Origin: Anaeramoeba ignava BMAN
Lineage: Eukaryota; Protista; Anaeramoebae
Direction of reading: 5' to 3'
Length of the DNA stretch: 64,000 nucleotides
Assembly: GCA_028826165.1 (NCBI GenBank)
Contig: JAPDFW010000063.1
Location: forward strand, 868,001-932,000
Shown here: in pieces, positions 1 to 15,013 of the stretch
Layout: each line of letters begins with the position of its first letter
Numbering within the stretch: the stretch's first letter is position 1
Position numbers and translations under genes: made by a program
The notes under the pieces: generated by a model
Database searches by the model: none
Told to the model about the DNA's origin: nothing
The model's input: the letters and a program-made list of their open reading frames with translations, nothing else

Positions 1-355
1 GATTTAGAATTTAGATTTTGATTTTGATTTAATTTTAATTTTGATTTTGATTTTGATTTTTGATTTTGATTTTAATTTTGATTTTAATTTTTGATTTTTG
101 ATTTTTTTGATTTTTAATTTTTGATTTTGATTTTGATTTTATTTTGATTTTTGATTTTAATTTTGATTTAGATTTTGATTTTAATTTTGATTTTGATTTT
201 GATTTAGATTTTAATTTTAGATTTAGATTTTAATTTTGATTTAGATTTAGATTTAGATTTAGATTTAGATTTAGATTTAGATTTAGATTTAGATTTAGAT
301 TTAGATTTAGATTTTGATTTAGATTTTGATTTAGATTTAGATTTAGATTTTAATT
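1..355. repeat. (ATTTTG/ATTTAG)n hexamer microsatellite
   Basis: Seen directly; continuous with the low-complexity 3' end of the MKT1-like gene. Confidence 0.9.
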
Positions 356-3300
356 TTAATTTTGATTTAATTTTAATTTTGATTTAAATTTAAATTTAGA
401 TTTTAATTTTGATTTGAATATTGATTTTGATTTGGAATATTGATTTGGATATTGATTTGGAAATTGATTTGGAAATTGATTTGAATATTGATTTGGATAT
501 TGATTTGGATATTGATTTGGATATTGATTTGGATATTGATTTGAATATTGATTTGGAAATTGATTTGGAAATTGATTTGGAAATTGATTTGGAAATTGAT
601 TTGGATTTAGACTTGAATTTAGATTTGGATATTGATTTGGATTTAGATTTGGATTTAGATTTGGATTTAGATTTGGATTTAGATTTGGATTTAGATTTGG
701 ATTTAGATTTGGATTTAGATTTAGATTTAGATTTAGATTTAGATTTAGATTTGGATTTAGATTTGGATTTAGATTTAGAAATTGATTTTGAATTTGAAAA
801 AAATTTTGATTTTTTAAATCTTTTAAATAAGTATCAGCTTTCACAAATTCTCCTTTCAAATCAAAATCAAACAAAAATGGCTCATTCTCAAATTCTTTCA
901 CAATAGTCATAAAAGAATTATCCCAAAAATCAAATAATTTATCAATATAAGAAGAATCTATAAAGCTTTGCATATAAGAATTCTCATTCAAAATAACTTG
1001 AATAGGTTTTTTGTTTAATAAACAATGCTTAACAATAATAGAAGGAATAAGATCAATTTCATTCTGAAAAAGCAGATTATCTGAAACACTATGAAAATCT
1101 TCTTTTTTTGTTAAATCATTAGAATTTTTAAATATATAAAGAAATATAATATCGGACAAGTTCTTGAAAATATCCAAAGCAGCAGTACAAACTTCTCTGA
1201 ACGCTAATAAATCTCGATCTACTGGTCCATCCCAAGTATTATTGAAAGTAATTTGTTGAGTATTGGATTTTGACATAATCGAAAATAAAGAAAAAACACG
1301 AGAAATCAAATCAATTTCCGATATTTCCGATTTTTCTTGTTTAGGATAACTAGAATCATTGCCATAAATATACTGAAATTTCTCGGAAAATGGAACTTTG
1401 CTGATCAAAAGTATCAAGAACAAAAGTTTTAATTCCCAATTTTCTCGATTTTGCTCCTTAAATATTTGGGTTAGTTTGTCATATTTTGATGATATCTTAA
1501 TTTCTTTATTTTCAGGTTCATAATCCATTATCCCAAAAAAATAAAGTGTTATCTTTATGATTTGATTTATCATTTTCTGGCATTGTTGTTTATCCGAAAG
1601 CTTTCCAAACTGTAAATAAAGATCATCTTTTTTCGAAGATTCTAACAACCCTTTGATGTCAATATTTTCCGAAATATGCAATTTTGATTTTGATTCCGAT
1701 TGATTCACTTGAACTTGTATTCCTGTTTTTTCATAATAGTGCAAAATAGGAATATCTGTTCTCATTGATTTCGGCAATTCAAATGAGAATACATTTAATG
1801 AATCCTCAAGAATTTTTCTGAAAAATGAAGAATTTGTGAATTCTCGATATTCCGCTGTATCAATCAGCGGTGGTGGTTGATACAAGTATTTGTTAGTTAA
1901 AGCGTTGAAGAACTGAGGTTGAATAAAATTATATGCGAGAAAGAAGTAATATAAATTTGGAAATCGTGGAAAATTGAATTTTTCTTCAAATCTTTTTTAA
2001 TTTTTTAAAATGAAATGAAAAATTAATAAATTTGTTTTGTTTTTAAAAAATGATTAATTTACTGGGAATTAGGTAAATGATCTTGAATAAGTTTATTAGA
2101 ACAACATTCACCTTTTTCATTAAAAATTGGTTTCAAATTTAAAAAATTAAGTAATTCTTGAAATTTTTGTTCGAAATTTTCAATTATAGGTTCAAATTTC
2201 CATCTTTCATTTCGAGCATAATTAATTCCATAATCAAAATTTGGAGAGTTATAATTAATACGAAATTCGTCAATTCCAGAAACAAAACAAGCCATAATAA
2301 ATTTTTCGAAATCCAATTCCTTAAATATAATAAGATATAATAAATAAAATATAATAAAGGAAAAATTTTTTAATTACAATAAATTGTCTCTCGAAAAGAG
2401 AATAAGTGTTGTTATTAAAATTTATATCCAAAATTGTGCTTTCTGAATAAAACAACAGTTCTTCACTTCCATAAACGTAATCAATTTCTTTGCGGTTTAA
2501 GAAATACCCAAGCTATATTTAAATCAATTTAAAATTATTAAAATTAAAATTAGATTAAAATTTAAATCAATTTAAAATTCACTTGTGGATGAGCTGAATA
2601 AGGTGCTTGAAAAAAAGGAATTCCTTTTTGATTTAGTATTTTGATCAAATTATTAATTATTTTTTGAAAACGAAATCCTCCTTCAAAACCAAATTGTCCT
2701 AAAATTTAATAATAATTTTAATAATAATTTTAATAATAAATTTAATAATAAATTTAATAATAATTTTATAAATAATTTAATAATTAATTTTATAAATAAT
2801 TTTATTAATAATTTTATAAATAATTTAATAATTAATTTAATAATAAATTTAATTAATAAATTTATTAATAATTTTATAAATAATTTAATAATTAATTTAA
2901 TAATAATTTTAATAATAAATTTAATAATAATTTTAATAATAAATTTAATAATAAATTTAATAATAATTTTAATAATAATTTTATTAATAATTTTAATAAT
3001 TAATTTAATAATAATTTTAATAATAATTTTAATAATAAATTTAATAATAATTTTATAATTAATTAATTAATAAATTTTAATAATAATTTTAATAATAATT
3101 TTAATAATAATTTTAATAATAATTTAATAATAAATTTAATAATAAATTTAATAATAAATTTAATAATAAATTTAATAATAATTAATTAATAATAATTTTA
3201 ATAATAATTTTAATAATAAATTTAATAATAATTAATTAATAATTTTATTAATAATTTTATAAATAATTTTATTAATAATTTTATTAATAATTTTATAAAT

Positions 3301-6300
3301 AATTTAATAATAATTTTATTAATAATTTTATAAATAATTTTATAAATAATTTTATTAATAATTTTAATAATAAATTTAATAATAATTTTTAATAATAATT
3401 TTAATAATAAATTTAATTAATTTTTAATAATAATTTTAATAATAATTTTAATAATAATTTTAATAATAATTTTAATAATAATTTAATAATAAATTTAATA
3501 ATAAATTTAATAATAATTTAATAATAAATTTAATAATAATTTTAATAATAATTTTAATAATAATTTTAATAATAAATTTAATAATAAATTTAATAATAAT
3601 TAATTAATAATTTTATTAATAATTTTATTAATAATTTTATTAATAATTTTATTAATAAATTTAATAATAAATTTAATAATAAATTTTAATAATAAATTTA
3701 ATAATAATTTTAATAATAAATTTAATAATAAATTTAATAATAAATTTTAATAATAAATTTAATAATAATTTTAATAATAATTTTGATAATAATTTTAATA
3801 ATAAATTTAATAATAATTTTAATAATAATTTTAATAATAAATTTAATAATAAATTTAATAATAATTTTAATAATAATTTTAATAATAAATTTAATAATAA
3901 TTTGGCTTGGTTTTGATTCTTGCCAAGTGGCATATTGAGCTTATTGGCTTATCGAGCCAAAAGCAAAAAAAAAATAATTGAAACTCAATTAGATCAAAAA
4001 AAATACCCCCTATTTTTGCCAATTTTGGCAATAAGATTTAGAATCTGATCAATAAAAATTAAAATCCCTAATTTGCCAATTAAGAACTTTTTTATTTACG
4101 ATTTCCTTTTGTCAAAATTCGCATTTGGCAAAAAAAAGTTGAAAAAAATCAGAAAAAAAAAATTTTTTTTGGCTCAGAAAGCCAAAATTCATTTAAAGAA
4201 GAAATTCCTTTAAAACCATTTATCTCCATTCTTAGGACATGTTACTTTATTGTGTCCAGGTTTTCCACATTGAGAACAACAATATTTTTTTTCAGAGTTT
4301 TTATGTCTTTTTTCGAATCCATTTTCATGTTCAGAAACTCTTTCTTCTGATAAATCAAAATCTTCTTCAGAACTCCAATCAGAAAAAGAAGAATGTCTAT
4401 ATAGCTTTCTTTTGGGTTTTGGCTTCTTTATTTCTGGTCCTCCTTCATCCATCTGAATAATTTTAGTCAAATCATTATCTTCTTCATCCATAAAGTGTTC
4501 AGAGTTATGTAGAATTGGATTTTCAATAAATGGAATATTTTCATTATTTTGATTTGGATCAATCTCCTCTTCATATTCACTGACATAATTCTCTATTTCT
4601 TCTTGTATTATTTGATTTTCCTCTTGTTCTTCTAAAATTTGAGAAGATTGTCTCTTCTTCTTATCTTGACTGTTTTTCCTTCCTTGTTTCTTTCTTACTT
4701 GAGAACTTAATCTTAATTCATCCTTTTTCTTCATCCTCTTTCCTATATTTCTGAACTTTCTCCCACCATTTTGTTGTTTCTTCATTATCTGTTGGAATCT
4801 CTCTTGATGTCCAGTTCTCTCTTTGAAATTGAATTTTTTTTCTTATCAATTCTTCTTCAGATTTTAATAATTCAACCATTTGTATCAATTTGGGTTTTTC
4901 ATGTCCAATTCTTCTGTTTAATCTTTTATGATATCCTTCTAATGGCCCATTTGTTCTTTGGCTTAAATCTGGAAAACTTGAGATATTCCATATTTGAGGT
5001 GAATATTTTCTCATCCATATTTTTTGAAAATATTTAAAAAATTCTTCACAACCTTTAAAATGAACTTTTATTTTCTTCAATTTCTCTTCAATCATATTTA
5101 ATGGAATATAAGTTAATTCCTCTAGTGATTCAACTAATTCCTTTTTTTGATTTTCATCTAATTCTGAACACAATTTATTCACCTTTTTCCTTATTGCATT
5201 TTTCCAGTGAAAAAAACAACCTATCAACTGTGCTTCTGGAAGAACTTTCTTGATTGCATTCTGAAGAGAAACTTCAAAGTCACAAGTGACATATTTAAAT
5301 TTCCATTTGGAATTGAGGAAGTATCTAAAGATGTTTTCAAAGATAAATGTGTACATGTCCTGCTTAGAAGAAGTTGAAATTGCATAAACTGCTGGAACGT
5401 AAATTCTACTTGAATGATCAAAACACATAATTGTAATTAATTGAGTAAAGGGTTTGGCTGCACTTAAAAAAGTGCCATCAATAAATATCTGATTGGCCTG
5501 AAACAAAGAACTAGCTACACTATCTGAAAACCAACAAACAACCATTTCTTTTTTGTCTTGAATCAATACTTCAGAGGAGAATCTCCAAAATTTTTTTCAT
5601 TTTTGTTTGTGAATAAGGAGATTCAGAAAGGATTCTTATTAATTCAAAAGGAAATCTTGCTTTTCTAACTGTTGAAATAGTCTGCAAAACATGATGAGCA
5701 GGTGGTATTTCAAAAATGATCATCTTCCCAATTTCAGAATTGATTCTTTCAACAGCTAATTGGTAGATCTCCATAGAAGTCTTTCCTAATTCAGATGCCA
5801 TTTGATTAATAAATTCCCAGAATCTTTTGGATAATGATTCATTTCCTTGAATTTGCTTTTCACATTCTTCTGAATGAGGACGATTTAAACGGTATTGATT
5901 GTTGAATCTGATCAATGTTGCACCACAATTAGGAGTCATACACCGATAATACTTCTTCCCTGTCTCTTCAACAAAACTTTTTAATCGAAAAATTCTTGAA
6001 TTGAAAATAAGTTTCGAATTCATCAAAAAAGAAAAAAAAATTGAAAAAAAAAAAGTCAAAAAAAAAATGAGAATGAAAAATAAAAATTTTTTTCTTTTTC
6101 TTAAATATTTTTTTTTTCGCAAGATCCGTGATTGGGGAGAGATCTTTTTGTTTTTTGGTTTTTATTAAGAAAAATAAAGTTTTTCAATTTGATTTCAATT
6201 TAAAAATATGTTTATTTTGTTTTATTAGCTCGATAAGCCAATAAGCTCAATATGCCACTTGGCAAGAATCAAAACCAAGCCAATAATTTTATAATTAATT

Positions 6301-7362
6301 TATAAATAATTTTAATAATAATTTTAATAATAATTTTATATATAAATTTAATAATAAATTTAATAATAATTTTATAAATAATTTTAATAATAAATTTAAT
6401 TAATAATTTTATAAATAATTTTATTAATAATTTTATTAATAATTTTAATAATAAATTTAATAATAAATTTTTAATAATAATTTTAATAATAATTTTAATA
6501 ATAAATTTAATAATAAATTTAATAATAAATTTAATAATAAATTTAATAATAAATTTAATAATAATTTTAATAATAATTTTAATAATAAATTTAATAATTA
6601 ATTTAATAATAAATTTAATTAATAAATTTAATAATAATTTTAATAATAATTTATAAATAATTTTATAAATAATTTTATAAATAATTTTATATATAATTTT
6701 AATAATTAATTTTAATAATAATTTTATATATAAATTTAATAATAATTTTAATAATAATTTTATATATAAATTTAATAATAATTTTATAAATAAATTTAAT
6801 AATAATTTTATTAATAATTTTAATAATAATTTTAATAATAATTTTAATAATAATTTTAATAATAATTTTATTAATAAATTTAATAATAATTTTAATAATA
6901 AATTTAATAATAATTTTAATAATAAATTTAATAATAAATTTAATAATAATTTTAATAATAATTAATTAATAATTTTATTAATAATTAATTACCACAATTT
7001 TTGTTTAGTTGAGTTTTGTCATTAATTTTTTCAATATGGTTATTGTTTCTCCAAAAATCGAGTCTAGATTGAGTTCTTAGGTCAGGATAGGTAATAATTT
7101 CTTCTTTTTTACGAATATCAGCACCATTGAAAACAAATAAAACTTCGATATTATGATTTTTGAAAAAATCCAATTTTATTTGTAATTTTTCTTCAAAAGT
7201 TAATGGAATTCCTCCAGTTAATTGTTGTAATGGTTCTAATATTTCTAAATTTTTTAGAAAATAAAATCCATCAATCCCTATTCTTTTTCCAGATAAATTA
7301 ATTATATCTTCTCTATTTGGAAAATTTTGCTGTGCATATTGTCGAAAATAACGAATTGACAT
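356..7362 (-). CDS. MKT1: MKT1-like XPG/PIN-fold protein (probably catalytically inactive). 5 exons: 7362-6993, 2698-2583, 2512-2378, 2319-2063, 1991-~403/356
   Basis: Spliced in frame at GT-AG sites. XPG-N-like motifs LSGKRIGIDG and VLFVFNG; XPG-I-like FFQAPYSAHPQLGYF...IDYVYGSEELL; Mkt1-like PRFPNLYYFFL...QPPPLIDTAEYR. C-terminal (NPNL)n/(NQYP)n tail; a probable 1-nt indel near 436 would put the true stop near 403. Confidence 0.8.
3904..6281 (-). mobile_element. Mutator-like DNA transposon (MULE), 2,378 bp, intronic, same orientation as host gene
   Basis: Perfect 54-bp TIRs at 3904-3957 (GGCTTGGTTTTGATTCTTGCCAAGTGGCATATTGAGCTTATTGGCTTATCGAGC) and 6228-6281 (exact reverse complement). AATAATTT is duplicated at 3896-3903 and 6282-6289. 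Internal transposase ORFs. Confidence 0.95.
4210..6023 (-). CDS. MULE transposase: FLYWCH-like N-terminus, DDE core, C-terminal CX2CX4HX4C zinc knuckle. Split into 3 ORFs by two +1 shifts (~5595, ~4725); ~603 aa if joined
   Basis: YYRCMTPNCGAT...PHSEEC; IFIDGTF; VTCDFEVSLQNAI...GCFFHW; RTNGPLEGYHKRLN; CSQCGKPGHNKVTC. Removing one A from each A-run gives a continuous 1,812-nt frame from the ATG at 6023. Confidence 0.88.
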
Positions 7363-7468
7363 ATTTTATTATTCTTATGAAATGATTCCAGAAACGAAGA
7401 AAAAAATGAAAAAATAAAAAATGAAAAAAAAGGAAAAAAAAAATTTTTGTTTTTTTGATTATAAAATT

Positions 7469-9021
7469 TTAATTATCAATTTCATCAATATCATCTTTTT
7501 CTTCATTTTTTAATGTTATTTCAATATCATCAATATCATCAATATCATCTTCAATATTATCATCAATATTTTCTTTTACATTTTCAATATCATCAATATT
7601 TCCCAAATCTTCAATATCATCAATAATAATATTATCATCTTCAGTTTCAATTTCATCAATTTTATCAATTTTATCAATTTTATCAATTTCATCAATTTTA
7701 TCAATAATTTCTTGATTATCAATTTTATCAATTTTATCAATTTTATCAATTTTATCAATTTTATCAATTTTATCAATTTTATCAATTTTATCAATTTTAT
7801 CAATTTTATCAATTTTATCAATTTTATCAAATTGCTTTAATAAAAAACAAAAATTTTCTATCCACTTTTTCACTTCTTTTCTTTTCTTCTCTTTTAAAAT
7901 TTTCTTCAAATCTTTCTCAGATAAACCTAAATCTCTTAGTGATTCTTTAATCACATCCAAAACCAACTCTTGAGTCTCAAAACTTTTTGGATCAACAAAA
8001 GTTTTATAAGAATAAACATGAAGAATTGAAGATTTGACTTCATAAAATGATAAATCCAATAATGACAATAAAAAACCAGCCGCAAATTCTTTGAGATCAA
8101 GATGAGAATTTGGAGATAAAATGATTGAGAGCAAAACATCAATTAGCTTGCTATCGATAACAGAAAAATAAATCAATTCTCTTTTTTCTGAACAATATTG
8201 ATGATTCAAATTAAAAATCACTTTTCCACAAAGTTCTGCATATTCAATTTGCCGAATTTTAAGCTGAAAAATCATGCTTGAAATGATTGGAGTTTGTTGA
8301 GAAATATAACTTTTCCACAAAGAGCTTCCAAAATTATAAATCAACTTGAGATTTTTGACCAACATTGTTTCAATATCCAAAAGAAAAGTTTTTTGGATCA
8401 CATCCAAAATTGCATTTTTAGAAACTTCATCTTTAGCAATAACATCATGAATCTTTTTTGATAAAGATAGGTTGAAAAGAATCACTTGAAATTTTTCAAG
8501 TATTTTAAGTGCTTCATTTCTTTTATTGATATTTTCATGAAACAAAGTAATTGAAATGAATTCTGAGATTAATTGAATAAATCCAGCTATAGGAAGTATT
8601 TTATTTTTGGAAAGACATGGAACTGATTTACGAGATTGAGAAACAAACCAATCACAATGCGGTCTTTTTTCATTTGTTGAATTTAGTGGTTGTGTGTAGT
8701 TGAAAAGAATTGACACACAAACAAAATAATTTTCAATAACTTCTGAATAAATACCAAATCTTTTGCAAAGAAATTCAACAATAACTGGCATCATAATTGG
8801 CGAGATTAACTCCGTTAATCTTTTCTTTACTTTCCCTTCTAAATGATTTAATCCTGTGATTGTTTCTAATGGTTGAAGTAAGAGATTTATGAAGAAATTG
8901 AAAATTTTAATTGGAAAAGTTTCTAATGAAAATTCAATTAATTCTTTCGATAAAAGTTTTTTCAAGATTGCAATGTATTTTTCAAATAGAAAAAGTTTTT
9001 GTTTTGTTGTTTTGTTTGTGA
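7469..9021 (-). CDS. Uncharacterised, probably helical protein with (DKI)n and acidic C-terminus. 3' exon only; 5' exon(s) probably in 9095-9445 but unresolved
   Basis: 498-codon ORF, open back to a TTCTTAG acceptor near 9022; candidate GTATTT donor near 9095. No family motif recognised. Confidence 0.6.
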
Positions 9022-9469
9022 TCTAAGAAATCCAAAAAAAAAATTTTTGATTTGATTTGATTTTTTTAACTAATTGATTTAAAGAAGAAAAAATACTTCT
9101 CCAAAATTTTTAATTGCTTTGATTTTAATCCATTGTTTTCTTAAGAATTTTTCTACTTTAAATCTTGGAATTTTGACAATAATTAGAGGTTGTAATTTTT
9201 CAAGAATAAAAGTTAGTGTTTTAATTTGTGTTTCTATTGGAAGATGAAACCAAGTTGTATTCTAATTGGTTTTTAGTTAATTCAAGAGAGTTTGATTTTT
9301 TGGGAATTGTTGATTTAAGGCTAATTGAAGAAGTATTTGATTTAGGAAATTTTCTAAAAAAAGAGGAAGTATTTTGGTCGAAATCTAATGAATGATTAAA
9401 TAATCTTAATGAAGAAAAGCGAGAGGATAGAGAATTATTTTTCAAATTATTTTTAAATTTATTTTTAAA

Positions 9470-10455
9470 TTTATTTTGATTTTGATTTTGATTTTGATTT
9501 TGAATTTGATTTTGATTTTGATTTTGATTTTGATTTTGATTTTGATTTTGATTTTGATTTTGAATTTGATTTTTATTTTGATTTTGATTTTGATTTTGAT
9601 TTTGATTTTTATTTTGATTTTGATTTTGATTTTGATTTTGATTTTGATTTTGATTTTGATTTTGATTTTTAAATTGATTTTGATTTTTATTTTGATTTTG
9701 ATTTTTGATTTTGATTTTGATTTTGATTTTGATTTTGATTTTGATTTTTAAATTGATTTTGATTTTGATTTTGATTTTGATTTTGATTTTGATTTTGATT
9801 TTGATTTTGATTTTTAAATTGATTTTGATTTTGATTTTGATTTTGATTTTGATTTTGATTTTGATTTTGATTTTGATTTTGATTTTGATTTTGATTTTGA
9901 TTTTTGATTTTTGATTTTTATTTTTTAAATTGATTTTGATTTTGATTTTGATTTTGATTTTGATTTTTGATTTTATTTTGATTTTTGATTAAATTGATTT
10001 TTGATTTTGATTTTGATTTTAAATTGATTTTGATTTTTAAATTTGATTTTTGATTTTGATTTTGATTTTGAATTTGGTTTTGATTTTGAATTTGATTTTG
10101 ATTTTGATTTTGATTTTGATTTTGATTTTTATTTTGATTTTGATTTATATTTTGATTTTGATTTTTATTTTGATTTTGATTTTGAATTTTATTTTGGTTT
10201 TGAATTTGAATTTGATTTAGATTTTGATTTTGATTTTGATTTTGATTTTGATTTTGGTTTTGATTTTGATTTTGATTTTGAAATTGATTTAGATTTTGAT
10301 TTTGATTTTGATTTTGATTATGATTTTGATTTTGAATCTGATTCTGATTTTGATTTTGATTTTGATTTTGATTTTGGTTTTGATTTTGATTTTGATTTTT
10401 AAATTGATTTTGATTTTGATTTTGATTTTGATTTTGATTTTGATTTTGATTTTGA
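9470..10455. repeat. (GATTTT)n microsatellite with variants
   Basis: Seen directly; it generates the spurious ILIL/DFDF ORFs. Confidence 0.9.
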
Positions 10456-10689
10456 TTATTGAAAAAAAAAAGAGGAAAAAATCAAATTAAAAAAATTAAA
10501 ATGGACTAAAGAAATTCATTTAGAACAAAAAAAAAAAAAAAAAAAAAGAAACAAAAGTAAAAGTAAAAGAAAAAGAAAAAGTAAAAGGAATAAGAAAAAA
10601 ATCCCCAAATTAATAAATGAGAGAAATAAGAAAAAAAAGAAAAAAAAGAAAAAAGCAAAAAAGAAAAAAAAACAACGGAAAAGAAAAGA

Positions 10690-11262
10690 TTATAATAAAA
10701 CACAAGCTTTTTTCTTTCTTTTAACAAGTAAAGAATTACCAGATTTGGGATTTTTACCAAGAAAGCGCAAGATCTGCCTTGAAAGTTCAAAGAAGATCTC
10801 ATCAACATTTTGTCTAGTTTTAGCAGAAGTTTCAAAATAGGGACAATTAAAAGATTTTGCGAGTTCTTGAGCTTCTTTAGATTTAACTTTTCTTTCTTCA
10901 ACAAGATCGACCTTATTTCCAGCAATAACCATAGGAACGTTTGGGAATTCCTTAGTCTTTATGATCTGGTCATGAAGTTTTGTGACTTCCTGAAAGGAGA
11001 TCATCTTGTCAAGTCCAAATACAAGAAGAAAACCGTCGCCGGAACGTAAATGTGTGTCCCGAATTATCGCATATTCTTCCTGTCCTGCTGTGTCTAGTAT
11101 CTCAAGTACTACCATCTCCCCATCTAGCTCAACTTGCTTTCGATGTGAGTCTTCTATTGTTGGTTCATATAGCTCAATAAATTTTGAATGCACAAATTGT
11201 ATCGATAATGCTGATTTTCCTACTCCTCCGCTTCCGACTACGACTATTCGTAGTGTTGTCAT
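10690..11262 (-). CDS. Ras-family small GTPase, intronless, 190 aa
   Basis: GSGGVGKS, effector loop YEPTIEDSH, DTAGQEEY, GNKVD, ETSAK, polybasic tail and CAAX box CVLL. Confidence 0.95.
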   Translation of the reverse strand: MTTLRIVVVGSGGVGKSALSIQFVHSKFIELYEPTIEDSHRKQVELDGEMVVLEILDTAGQEEYAIIRDTHLRSGDGFLLVFGLDKMISFQEVTKLHDQIIKTKEFPNVPMVIAGNKVDLVEERKVKSKEAQELAKSFNCPYFETSAKTRQNVDEIFFELSRQILRFLGKNPKSGNSLLVKRKKKACVLL

Positions 11263-11445
11263 TTCGTTTTTTTTTTTCGGTTTTTTTTTTTTTTGTGTTG
11301 GTAAAAAAATTTAATTTGCAAATGGAAAAATGAAAATTGAAAAAAAAATGAAAAAATTTAAATTAAAAATTAAAAAAAATTTTTCTTTTTTTTTATAAAA
11401 TAGAGAAAGAATAAAAAATGGAGAATTTTATTTCTTTTTTTCTCC

Positions 11446-11899
11446 TTTTTTTTTCCTTCTTTTTTTTTAATTATAAATTTATTATTAATTTAATAAAAAT
11501 AAAATAAGGATTAATTCCAAAATATTTAAATTAAAATAAATCCACTTTTTTTTTTGGAATAAAACATTTTTAATCAAAATGAAAATCAAAATCAAAATGC
11601 AAAAGAAAAAAAAGGAATAAAAATATATTTTCCTTTAAAAACTTTATTTAAATTTTGATTTAAATTTTAATTTAAATTTTAATTTAAAGTTTGATTTAAA
11701 GTTTGATTTAAATTTTAATTTAAAGTTTTATTTAAATTTTCTGTTTCTTTTTTTTTTCCTTCTTTTTTTTTAATTATAAATTTATTATTAATTTAATAAA
11801 AATAAAATAAGGATTAATTCCAAAATATTTAAATTAAAATAAATCCACTTTTTTTTTTTGGAATAAAACGTTTTTAATCAAAATCAAAATGAAAATCAA
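11446..11899. repeat. Left half (A-B-A) of a triplicated ~250-300-bp complex repeat
   Basis: A (~150 bp, contains AAGGATTAATTCCAAAATATTT and ATCCACTTTT) at ~11446-11595 and ~11748-11899; B (ATGCAAAAG...GGAATAAAAATATATTTTCCTTTAAAAAC...) at ~11596-11747. Confidence 0.9.
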
Positions 11900-12019
11900 T
11901 TTGGAATTTTTAATGAAAAAAAAGAATCAAAGAAAAAATGAGAATTCAGATCATTTTGAAATAATTTGGAAAGAAAATGAATTGAAAAAAAAAGAATTGA
12001 AAAAAAAAGAAGTGAAGTT

Positions 12020-14530
<2,511 letters not shown>

Positions 14531-14633
14531 TTTTGAACTTCTTTTGAATTTATTTGACGAAAAAAAAGTGATTTTTTTTTGGATCAAAATAAAAAAGGAA
14601 TGAAAAAAGGAAAAAAAAAAGGTAAAACGGAAA

Positions 14634-15003
14634 AAAATGCAAAAGAAAAAAAAAGGAATAAAAATATATTTTCCTTTAAAAACTTTATTTAAAGTTTTAT
14701 TTAAATTTTGATTTAAATTTTAATTTAAATTTTCTGTTTCTTTTTTTTTCCTTCTTTTTTTTTAATTATAAATTTATTATTAATTTAATAAAAATAAAAT
14801 AAGGATTAATTCCAAAATATTTAAACTAAAATAAATCCACTTTTTTTTTTTGGAATAAAACGTTTTTAATCAAAATCAAAATGAAAATCAAAATGCAAAA
14901 GAAAAAAAAGGAATAAAAATATATTTTCCTTTAAAAACTTTATTTAAAGTTTGATTTAAATTTTGATTTAAATTTTGATTTAAATTTTAATTTAAATTTT
15001 TGT
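14634..15003. repeat. Right half (B-A-B) of the triplicated complex repeat
   Basis: B at ~14634-14740 and ~14893-15003; A at ~14741-14892. Near-identical to the units at 11446-11899, same orientation. Confidence 0.9.
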
Positions 15004-15013
15004 TTTTTTTTTT

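Larger units (their letters stand above)
2701..6990. repeat. Degenerate (TAATAATTT/TAATAAATT)n satellite filling MKT1 intron 1, interrupted by the transposon at 3904-6281
   Basis: A/T-only tandem repeat on both sides of the element (2701-3903 and 6282-6990). Confidence 0.9.
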
